From NCBI GenBank assembly GCA_964621645.1, contig CAZUMH010000002.1, positions 8,928-72,927 of the forward strand: a stretch of DNA of 64,000 nt, read 5' to 3'. Positions 56,477 through 64,000 of the stretch are shown piece after piece. Under the pieces are notes generated by a model. That model had not been told where the DNA came from. It did not search any database and worked only from the letters and a program-made list of their open reading frames with translations. Origin of the DNA: an uncultured bacterium. GTDB lineage: Bacteria; Zhuqueibacterota; QNDG01; JAGLOF01. Position 1 is the stretch's first letter. Each line of letters opens with the position of its first letter. The position numbers and the translations under genes are program-made.

Positions 56477-58536
56477 CCTATTTACCGTATGAAAGAGGCA
56501 AGAACATGAGAAGAAGACAGAGATCGGAAATGATAGAGAGGCGTCTGAGAGGGCTCTCTTTCCTTTTTTTTACCGGTTTCGTCATTGTCCTGCTGAGGAG
56601 TTTTTCCTTCCAAATTATCGGCAGGGAACCCTGGATTCAGGCAGCCGAAGCTCAGTATGAACATCGGGAACCCCTACCTGCAGAGAGAGGCACCATATAC
56701 GACCGTAACCTGAATGTTCTGGCTTTGGATATCTCAAGTGTTTCGCTGGCGGTTGATCCCTCCATGCTGCCCAGTTCAGAAGCAGTGGCATGTTCTCTGC
56801 AAACGGTGCTGGGAGGAGCTAAGACAGAGTTTCTATCCCGTCTGAAGACTTCAGGTTTTTCGAAATACCATCCTTTGCAGCTGGTTCTTTCTACCCGGGA
56901 AAAAGACAGATTAATGGCCACCGGCATCCCGGGATTGATCTTTGAACCGCGGCAGCAGCGGGTTCACCCCCGCAATGATCTTGCCCTCCAGGTTCTGGGA
57001 GTCACCGACAACAGTCGCTGCGGTGCCTGGGGTATTGAACAGGAACTTAACGGTCGTCTGGCGGGTATGGACGGCTGGGCCGTCCGGCAATGGGACGGTC
57101 TTAAACGGTACCACGTTTCACTGGATCTTCCCAGACAGGAAGCCCGTCCCGGACAAGACGTGGTCCTTACTCTGGATCATGCCATACAGGAAGTCCTCGA
57201 TGAGGAAATCAGTAAAGGAGTCGAAACCTACCAAGCCAAATTTGGAACAGGAATTCTCCTTGATCCCTTCAGCGGCGAAGTGCTGGCCATGACAACAGCT
57301 ATCGGTCCTGAATCACGCACAGGACAGCTCGACTTTTCCGCCAGAATGATGAACAGGGCCGTGCAATGGCAATTTGAACCGGGTTCGGTTTTCAAAATCG
57401 TCACGGCCGCTGCGGCACTGGAAGAGGGCGCCTTCAATCCCAAGTCCCTCATTTTTTGCGAAAATGGTTCTTATATAGTTAATAAACGTGAAATTAATGA
57501 TCATAATAACTCATTTGCCTGGCTGACGCTAAATCAAGTCATGGAACATTCCTCCAATATCGGCATGGCCAAGGTCGGACAGAAGCTGGGAGACAAGACT
57601 CTCTGCCGTTACGCCCAGAATTTCGGATTCGGCAACAAGACCGGAATAAGACTTCCGGGAGAGACAGCAGGCATTCTGCGTCCGGTTTATCAGTGGACGC
57701 CTTCTTCTATTGTTTCCATTTCCTTCGGACAGGAAATCTCGGCCTCGGCTCTGCAGATAGCCGGGATGACCGCAGTGGTAGCGAACGGCGGAGAACTGAT
57801 AGAACCGCGCATCGTCAAACAGATCCTTGGTCAGGACGGCAGGGTGCTGATGCAGACAAAGAGACGGGTAATCAGGAGGGTCATTTCACCGCAAACAGCC
57901 GATCAGCTCACGGATATCCTTGTCAACGTGGTGAAACGGGGAAGCGGAATGAAGGCTATGGTTCCGGGAGTGACAGTGGCCGGCAAAACGGGGACGGCGC
58001 AAAAATCCATAGAAGGACATAGAGGATATGTCCGCGGAGTCGATGTCAGTTCCTTTACCGGGTTCTGGCCGGCGGAGACCCCCCGCTACGTTCTGGTCAT
58101 CGTCCTGGATGAACCGGCTCTGGGAAGCTGGGGCAGTTTATCGGCGGCTCCGATTTTTGCCCAGGTGGTAAAACGGATATCAGGTCTGCCTTCCCTGCAG
58201 GGAGGAGGCGGTTCTCCCCTGGTTCAAACGCAAACCTCCTCTTCAGCAGTACCGCAAGCTCAATTCACCTCCTTTGAAAGTAATGCAAATCCTGAGGTGA
58301 AAACGAAGGCAGCCGTATCCATGCCGGCTCTTAATTCCTCCCATCACATCCCGGATTTGCGGGGACTGAGTGTACGTCAGGCACTTCACAGTCTGGCAGA
58401 GCTTAACGTAAAAGCGCGGGTTATCGGAAGCGGCATTATTAAAACACAATGGCCCAAACCCGGCACCCGTATTTCGGATAATATTGTCTGCCAACTTTCC
58501 TGCGGGGATCAAACACCCGTAAAGGGGAACCAGTAA
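56473..58536 (+). CDS. ftsI: Penicillin-binding protein (FtsI/PBP2B-type transpeptidase) with a C-terminal PASTA domain
   Basis: SVFK (SxxK), SSN, KTGT(A) motifs; C-terminal IPDLRGLSVRQALHSLAELNVKARVIGSG...QWPKPG is a PASTA domain. Confidence 0.9.
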   Translation: MTYLPYERGKNMRRRQRSEMIERRLRGLSFLFFTGFVIVLLRSFSFQIIGREPWIQAAEAQYEHREPLPAERGTIYDRNLNVLALDISSVSLAVDPSMLPSSEAVACSLQTVLGGAKTEFLSRLKTSGFSKYHPLQLVLSTREKDRLMATGIPGLIFEPRQQRVHPRNDLALQVLGVTDNSRCGAWGIEQELNGRLAGMDGWAVRQWDGLKRYHVSLDLPRQEARPGQDVVLTLDHAIQEVLDEEISKGVETYQAKFGTGILLDPFSGEVLAMTTAIGPESRTGQLDFSARMMNRAVQWQFEPGSVFKIVTAAAALEEGAFNPKSLIFCENGSYIVNKREINDHNNSFAWLTLNQVMEHSSNIGMAKVGQKLGDKTLCRYAQNFGFGNKTGIRLPGETAGILRPVYQWTPSSIVSISFGQEISASALQIAGMTAVVANGGELIEPRIVKQILGQDGRVLMQTKRRVIRRVISPQTADQLTDILVNVVKRGSGMKAMVPGVTVAGKTGTAQKSIEGHRGYVRGVDVSSFTGFWPAETPRYVLVIVLDEPALGSWGSLSAAPIFAQVVKRISGLPSLQGGGGSPLVQTQTSSSAVPQAQFTSFESNANPEVKTKAAVSMPALNSSHHIPDLRGLSVRQALHSLAELNVKARVIGSGIIKTQWPKPGTRISDNIVCQLSCGDQTPVKGNQ

Positions 58537-59999
58537 TGCGGCTTGCGGAATTATGCCACGGAATTTGCCGTATTAAGGATCCGGGACTCAAGGATCTCGA
58601 AATCAGCGGACTGAGCAGTGATTCCCGCCAGATACTGCCGGGAACGCTCTTCGTGGCTGTGAAGGGATTCAAGACGGACGGTCACCGCTATCTGGAGGAA
58701 GCTGTCGCCAAGGGAGCAGTGGCGGCAATAGTTGACAGGCACGTATCCCAGCAGGGCCTGCCAATTCTGCAGGTTTCCGACTCCAGGAAGGCGGCCGCCC
58801 TGCTGGCGGCGCGTTTCTATGACAATCCGGCGAAGGATCTTACCATGGTTGGCATTACCGGAACCAACGGCAAGACGACGCTCACCTTCCTGCTGGAATC
58901 CATTTTCAGCAAGGAGGGAAGGAATCCTGGTGTCATGGGGACGCTTAATTATCGCTGGTGCGGGCTGACATTGAAGGCCACTCACACGACTCCTGATGCC
59001 ATCCTGCTTCAGAAAAACCTTGACAATATGCGCCGCTGCGGAGTCGACTGTGTGATTATGGAAGTCTCATCCCACGCGTTGGCCCTGTACCGGACGGAAG
59101 GAATTTCTTTTGATGCGGCTGTCTTTACCAATCTCTCCCGGGACCACCTTGATTTTCACGGAACTGAGGATGAATATGCCGCCACTAAATCACGGTTGTT
59201 TGCTCAGCTTAAGAATAAAGGAACGGCTCTGATCAACGCAGACGATGAAGCGGCTCCGGTGATGCTTTCCAGTGCCGGCGAAAAGTCTGTTACCTACGGT
59301 TTCACGTCGAAGGATGCCGATTTCCGTATCACCGATGTCGAACTTGGCTGGGAGGGGAGCCGATTTTGTCTGAAACGGGGGGATGACACGCTCGTTATTG
59401 AAACTCCCCTGATCGGAATCTTTAATGTCATGAATGCCGCTGCCGCCGCGGCATGCGGAATGGTTTTAGGGCTGAAACATGAAAACATCATCGCGGGTTT
59501 GGCCCGGCCTGAGCCGGTTCCGGGCCGGATGGAGCTGGTAGCACCTGATCATCCAATCCAGGTCATCGTGGATTACGCACACACGCCGGACGCCCTGCGA
59601 AAGGTAATTGAGACCCTGCGTGAACTCTGTCGGGGCAGGCTTGTGGTTGTGTTCGGCTGCGGCGGGGACCGGGACAGAGGCAAACGGCCGCTTATGGGCC
59701 AGTTTGCGGAAGAACTGGCCGACATGGTGATCGTGACCAGCGACAATCCTCGCAGTGAAGATCCCAAGCGCATCGTTGACGATATTCTGGCCGGAATGGG
59801 AAATCCCGATAAGGTGACGGTGATAGAAAACAGAGAAGAAGCGATACGGTACGCCATTGAAAAAGAAGCCCGGCCGGGAGATACCGTGCTTATCGCGGGC
59901 AAAGGGCATGAGAGTGAGCAGATCATCGGGAACGAAAGGATTCATTTCGACGATCGTGAGATAGCACGGGCCTGTCTGGCCCGCACGGGTGGAGAGTGA
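58536..59999 (+). CDS. murE: UDP-MurNAc-tripeptide synthetase MurE (meso-DAP-adding type)
   Basis: GITGTNGKTT P-loop; DNPR motif (VTSDNPRSEDP) diagnostic for meso-DAP specificity. Confidence 0.9.
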   Translation: MRLAELCHGICRIKDPGLKDLEISGLSSDSRQILPGTLFVAVKGFKTDGHRYLEEAVAKGAVAAIVDRHVSQQGLPILQVSDSRKAAALLAARFYDNPAKDLTMVGITGTNGKTTLTFLLESIFSKEGRNPGVMGTLNYRWCGLTLKATHTTPDAILLQKNLDNMRRCGVDCVIMEVSSHALALYRTEGISFDAAVFTNLSRDHLDFHGTEDEYAATKSRLFAQLKNKGTALINADDEAAPVMLSSAGEKSVTYGFTSKDADFRITDVELGWEGSRFCLKRGDDTLVIETPLIGIFNVMNAAAAAACGMVLGLKHENIIAGLARPEPVPGRMELVAPDHPIQVIVDYAHTPDALRKVIETLRELCRGRLVVVFGCGGDRDRGKRPLMGQFAEELADMVIVTSDNPRSEDPKRIVDDILAGMGNPDKVTVIENREEAIRYAIEKEARPGDTVLIAGKGHESEQIIGNERIHFDDREIARACLARTGGE

Positions 60000-61369
60000 C
60001 AGTGACCTTAAGATTGTCCGACATAGCGGCGCTTCTCAGGAGATCCGCAGATTTCCGGGAAGATATTCCGGTTCGCGGAGCGGTCATTGATTCCAGGGAG
60101 GTAGAACCGGGGATGCTTTTCGTGGCGCTGCCGGGCAGCAATACAGATGGCCGGCTTTATGTCAAGGAAGCAGAAATGCGGGGAGCGGCAGGTGTTTTGA
60201 CCGCCCGCAACGGAGCCGTCGAGGAAACAACCCTTCCCCTCTTTCAGGTTGATGATCCCCTGTCCGCTCTGCAGAACCTGGCGACAGCTTACCGTAAACG
60301 GTTCACAGTCCCGGTGATAGCCGTCACCGGATCCAACGGGAAAACAACTACCAAAGAGATGATTGCCGCGCTTCTTTCCGATCGGTATACCGTGGCCAAA
60401 TCCCGGGGAAATTTAAATAATCATCTTGGGCTTCCCTTGAGCATCCTCAACTGGGATGAAACGGTTGAAATTGCCGTCCTGGAACTGGGGATGAATCATA
60501 TCGGAGAGATCGCTAGGCTTTGCGAGATCGCCAGACCGACCTGTGGTCTCATAACAAACATAGGGAAGAGCCACCTGGAATTTCTCCACAGTCCGGAAGG
60601 AGTGGCCCGGGGGAAAAGCGAACTGCTCACCGCCCTGCCGCGGAAAGGGGTGGCTTTCCTGAACGGCGACGATCCTCTTCTCAGGGAAATGATCACAATG
60701 GTTCCCAGAACCATCACCTATGGTTTCGGCGAGGATTGTGACAGGCGCGGCACCTTTATCGGCCTGGATAAGGCGGGGCACCCGTCCTTCAGATTTGAGA
60801 GACAGGACATCAGTCTTACCCTGCCGGGAACCTTTAACGCGATCAACGGCCTGGCTGCTGCAGTTGTCGCTGCACACTTTGAGATCTCTCCCAAAAGAAT
60901 AAAGAACATTCTGGAACGATTCTTTCCCGTAGCTCAGCGGATGCAGGTTATCCGAAGCGGGGATATCACGGTCATTGATGATTCCTACAACGCCAATCCC
61001 AGTTCGGTTCGGGAGATGCTGATAACCATGCAGCAGATGAAAAATGCCGGCCGCAGAATAGCGGTACTGGGAGATATGAAGGAACTCGGCAGTACCGCAC
61101 CGAAAGAACACGTCGGAGTTGGAGAACTCGCGGCGGACGTGAATCTGGACGCCTTCTTCACTCTGGGATCCGATATGGCCCTGGCGGCGGAAGCCGCCGA
61201 ACGAAAGGGGATGAAGAACGTCTTCCATTTTGCCTCCGCTGCGGCTCTGATAGATCACCTGCTCTTGAATATCCAGCCCGGCGATACACTGCTGGTAAAA
61301 GGAAGCCGCAGCATGAGAATGGAAGAGATCGTAGAGGCAATAATCCGGAACAGAAAAGGGGAACATTAA
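59996..61369 (+). CDS. murF: UDP-MurNAc-pentapeptide synthetase MurF
   Basis: AVTGSNGKTTTKEM P-loop; Mur ligase middle and C-terminal domains. Confidence 0.9.
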   Translation: MTVTLRLSDIAALLRRSADFREDIPVRGAVIDSREVEPGMLFVALPGSNTDGRLYVKEAEMRGAAGVLTARNGAVEETTLPLFQVDDPLSALQNLATAYRKRFTVPVIAVTGSNGKTTTKEMIAALLSDRYTVAKSRGNLNNHLGLPLSILNWDETVEIAVLELGMNHIGEIARLCEIARPTCGLITNIGKSHLEFLHSPEGVARGKSELLTALPRKGVAFLNGDDPLLREMITMVPRTITYGFGEDCDRRGTFIGLDKAGHPSFRFERQDISLTLPGTFNAINGLAAAVVAAHFEISPKRIKNILERFFPVAQRMQVIRSGDITVIDDSYNANPSSVREMLITMQQMKNAGRRIAVLGDMKELGSTAPKEHVGVGELAADVNLDAFFTLGSDMALAAEAAERKGMKNVFHFASAAALIDHLLLNIQPGDTLLVKGSRSMRMEEIVEAIIRNRKGEH

Positions 61370-61370
61370 T

Positions 61371-62456
61371 ATGCTCTACCATCTGCTCTATCCCTTGCGG
61401 GAATATTTTATCGGATTCAACCTGTTCAACTACATCTCCTTCCGATCGGGGGCCGCTGCTATAACGGCTCTTGTAATAACTTTTTTCCTGGGACCACGAA
61501 TTCTGCGCTGGCTTCATAAAAAGTCTTTTACCGAAGAGATACGGGAGGAGACTCCCGAAAGTCACAAACAGAAGGCCGGTACCGTCTCCATGGGGGGACT
61601 GATCATCCATTCCGCCGTACTGGTCCCGGTTTTGCTGTTTTGTCGGCTGGATAATGTGCTGGTACAGCTAATGATCCTGACCACGGTATGGCTTGGAACG
61701 GTAGGATTCGTGGATGATTATCTCAAAGTGGTGAAAAAATATCCCAAAGGTCTGATTGGACGCTATAAGCTGGCGGGACAGATTGCTTTGGGGCTGGTAG
61801 TGGCCCTGGTCGTTACCTATTCCAAGACGTTTGCGGGATTTCAATGGTCCACCGCGGTTCCCTTCTTCAAAGATGCGGTGATAAATTTCGGCTGGTTCTA
61901 TATTCCGCTGGTGATATTCGTGATTACCGGTACTTCGAACGCCGTGAATTTAACTGACGGACTGGATGGTCTGGCTATCGGTCTGGTAGGCATTTCTGCT
62001 CTGGCCTGGGCTATCATCAGCTATGTCACCGGACATGCCGTCTTCAGTGAATATCTGGGAATCGTGAATATAAAGGGTGCTGGCGAACTGACGGTTTACT
62101 GTGCCGCCCTTATCGGTGCCTGTCTGGGATTTCTCTGGTTTAACAGCCATCCTGCCACTGTTTTCATGGGTGACACCGGCGCACTGGCTCTGGGCGGCGC
62201 CCTGGGTACCCTGGCTGTGCTCCTGAAGCGGGAACTGCTGCTCCCCCTGATTGCAGGAGTCTTCCTGGCCGAGGCCCTTTCGGTAATCCTGCAGGTTGCC
62301 TCGTTCCGTTGGCGGGGGAAGAGAATCTTTAAAATGGCGCCGATCCATCATCACTTTGAATTATGCGGCTGGCCGGAAGAGAAAGTGGTTGTGCGGTTCT
62401 GGATCATCGCCATCTTGCTTATCTTGATGGGAATCGGAACACTCAAGGTCCAGTAG
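61371..62456 (+). CDS. mraY: Phospho-MurNAc-pentapeptide translocase MraY
   Basis: 10-TM; conserved NAVNLTDGLDGLA and HHHFE motifs. Confidence 0.95.
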   Translation: MLYHLLYPLREYFIGFNLFNYISFRSGAAAITALVITFFLGPRILRWLHKKSFTEEIREETPESHKQKAGTVSMGGLIIHSAVLVPVLLFCRLDNVLVQLMILTTVWLGTVGFVDDYLKVVKKYPKGLIGRYKLAGQIALGLVVALVVTYSKTFAGFQWSTAVPFFKDAVINFGWFYIPLVIFVITGTSNAVNLTDGLDGLAIGLVGISALAWAIISYVTGHAVFSEYLGIVNIKGAGELTVYCAALIGACLGFLWFNSHPATVFMGDTGALALGGALGTLAVLLKRELLLPLIAGVFLAEALSVILQVASFRWRGKRIFKMAPIHHHFELCGWPEEKVVVRFWIIAILLILMGIGTLKVQ

Positions 62457-62466
62457 GGAGGATCGT

Positions 62467-63822
62467 CTGAAAGAGTTAACAGAACATCTTGATTCATCGA
62501 GAGTCGGTGTCATCGGAGCGGCCCGCAGCGGTATAGCGGCGGCCCGGCTCCTTCACAGTAAAGGCGCCAAGGTGCTGCTCAGTGAAAAAGCAGAGCATCC
62601 GGACAACCTCTCTCAGCTTCTAACTCTTAAAAAAAGCGGTGTCGCCGTTGAACTGGGTGGCCATTCCCGGGAGCTGCTGGCCTGCGATTTTCTGGTGGTC
62701 AGTCCAGGGGTGCCCGTTACTGCCGAAATCCTCGCTCTGGCCAGAGAGAAAGACATACGGATCCTGGCCGAGATAGAGGTAGCCTCCTGGTTCTGCCAGG
62801 CTCCCATTGTCGCAGTCACCGGGTCAAACGGGAAGTCCACCACCTGTGCTCTTCTGGGAGAAATATTTAAAAAGGCAGGATTCAGGACGATCGTGGCGGG
62901 CAATATCGGAAATCCCTTCAGTGATCTGACGGAAAGTATCGGGCCCGAGGGAGTGGTAGTACTGGAAGTGAGCAGTTTTCAGCTGGAAACGGTGCTGGAT
63001 TTCCATCCGAAGGTTTCTGTAATTCTTAATCTTACGCCGGATCACCTGGATCGACACGGTGACATGCGTTCCTATGGCGAGCTTAAAGCGCGCATCTTTG
63101 GCAAGCAGCGAGACGATGATGTTATTATTTGTCACGGCACGGATCCACTCCTGCAGGAGCTGGTCGGTTCAGCCCGGGCCCGGGTCTGGCATCTTGGTGC
63201 CGACAGGGGTAATGACTGCGGTTTTGTGAGGGATCAAAAACTGATCCTGCGACGCGGCGGAATGGAACAGGAGATTCTTCCCTGTTCAGAGATGCGTTTG
63301 CGGGGAGAACATAATTGGCTTAACGGACTCGCTGCCTCAATGGCGGCCTCGGTGATGAAGGTAGAATTATCTGGGATCACGACGGCCTTGAAGGATTTCG
63401 CCGGTCTGCCGCACCGGATGGAGCCGGTGCGGGTGCTTCGGGGCGTTGAGTGGATCAATGATTCCAAGGCTACCAATGTTGATTCGGTCTGGTATGCGTT
63501 GGGCGGATTCGACCAGTCCATTATTCTTATAGCCGGTGGCAGGGACAAGGATTCTGATTTCACGTTGCTGCGCACCCGAGTGCAGGAAAAAGTGAAGCAC
63601 ATCATCCTTATCGGTGAAGCGGCCGAAAAGATCAAAGCGGCCCTTGAGGGGGCGACGATGATACATATGGCCGGATCTCTGGAAGAGGCGGTCTCTCTGG
63701 CGGAAGGTCTGGCCCAGAGCGGCGATGTCGTCCTGCTTTCGCCGGCCTGCGCCTCATTCGATATGTTCCATAATTTTGAAAACCGGGGAGAACGATTCAA
63801 GCAACTGGTACGGGAGCTGTAA
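62467..63822 (+). CDS. murD: UDP-MurNAc-L-Ala--D-Glu ligase MurD. The first canonical start (GTG 62572) lies after the N-terminal GxGxxG Rossmann motif, so the true start is probably CTG 62467 after SD GGGAGG.
   Basis: RVGVIGAARSGIAAARLL (nucleotide-binding), VTGSNGKSTT P-loop, Mur ligase C-domain. Confidence 0.85.
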   Translation: MKELTEHLDSSRVGVIGAARSGIAAARLLHSKGAKVLLSEKAEHPDNLSQLLTLKKSGVAVELGGHSRELLACDFLVVSPGVPVTAEILALAREKDIRILAEIEVASWFCQAPIVAVTGSNGKSTTCALLGEIFKKAGFRTIVAGNIGNPFSDLTESIGPEGVVVLEVSSFQLETVLDFHPKVSVILNLTPDHLDRHGDMRSYGELKARIFGKQRDDDVIICHGTDPLLQELVGSARARVWHLGADRGNDCGFVRDQKLILRRGGMEQEILPCSEMRLRGEHNWLNGLAASMAASVMKVELSGITTALKDFAGLPHRMEPVRVLRGVEWINDSKATNVDSVWYALGGFDQSIILIAGGRDKDSDFTLLRTRVQEKVKHIILIGEAAEKIKAALEGATMIHMAGSLEEAVSLAEGLAQSGDVVLLSPACASFDMFHNFENRGERFKQLVREL

Positions 63823-64000
63823 ATGCATCCTGAAGAGACACAGCGTTCCGACATGATTTTGCTGACGGCCGTAGCAGTGCTGGTTATCATCGGACTATTG
63901 ATGATATACAGTGCCAGCTCATTTCGGGCGGAAGAGAAATACGGTGATGCCAATATATTTCTTTTTCAGCATCTGGTGCGGGTGTTCATCGGATTGGTTA
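63823..64000 (+). CDS. ftsW: FtsW (SEDS family lipid II flippase/polymerase), 5'-partial at the window end
   Basis: LLMIYSASS motif in first TM; position after murD in the dcw cluster. Confidence 0.7.
   Translation, partial: MHPEETQRSDMILLTAVAVLVIIGLLMIYSASSFRAEEKYGDANIFLFQHLVRVFIGLV

Noticed and set aside
1-64000. Search for CRISPR arrays, tRNA/rRNA genes, transposases/integrases or phage genes
   Set aside because: No direct-repeat/spacer arrays, no tRNA-like cloverleaf signatures in intergenic regions, no recombinase motifs found; the window looks like core chromosome.

Overview
This 64 kb window is chromosomal DNA from a Gram-negative-type (diderm) bacterium: it encodes the LPS assembly proteins LapA/LapB, a secretin, an outer-membrane beta-barrel candidate and SPOR/PASTA envelope proteins. 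GC content is moderate (about 55%), and coding density is high with many 4-nt overlaps. No tRNA, rRNA, CRISPR array or transposase/integrase is visible. The gene blocks, in order, are:

1. A type IV pilus assembly block, pilN-pilO-[about 1335-aa Ig-like repeat surface protein]-[OMP]-pilP-pilQ-pilT, followed by a clean intrinsic terminator.
2. A redox/metal-stress operon (trxB, an ArsR/SmtB regulator, trxA, a small C-x4-C membrane protein, an FmdB zinc ribbon, OsmC and a C-N hydrolase) driven by a consensus sigma70 promoter that an inverted repeat overlaps.
3. A 13.5 kb chemosensory/phosphorelay operon: CheY-like REC, CheW, CheR-TPR, CheW, MCP, stand-alone Hpt, CheA-REC hybrid, CheB, a 1302-aa REC-GAF-GAF-HK-REC-REC-REC-Hpt hybrid kinase, and a REC protein with a degenerate HK-like tail. 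A sigma54-type -24/-12 element precedes it.
4. An RND efflux operon with one membrane-fusion protein and two tandem RND permeases, preceded by a 590-bp AT-rich leader.
5. An orphan REC on the minus strand, and clpB.
6. A GH114-like lipoprotein hydrolase, a 6-TM membrane protein and a Cdd1-type HhH protein; MgtC/DUF4010 follows.
7. A minus-strand block: a PflA-like radical SAM enzyme, an unknown protein, a SPOR-TPR protein, lapB, lapA and miaB.
8. The most unusual locus, on the minus strand: a frameshifted lysine 2,3-aminomutase (KamA) - ATP-grasp (Ddl-like) x2 - GNAT::HDAC fusion - GNAT. This looks like an undescribed beta-lysine-derived metabolite pathway.
9. The start of the dcw cluster: mraZ-rsmH-ftsL-ftsI(PASTA)-murE-murF-mraY-murD-ftsW'.

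All calls are from reading the sequence and recognising motifs; no database search was run.
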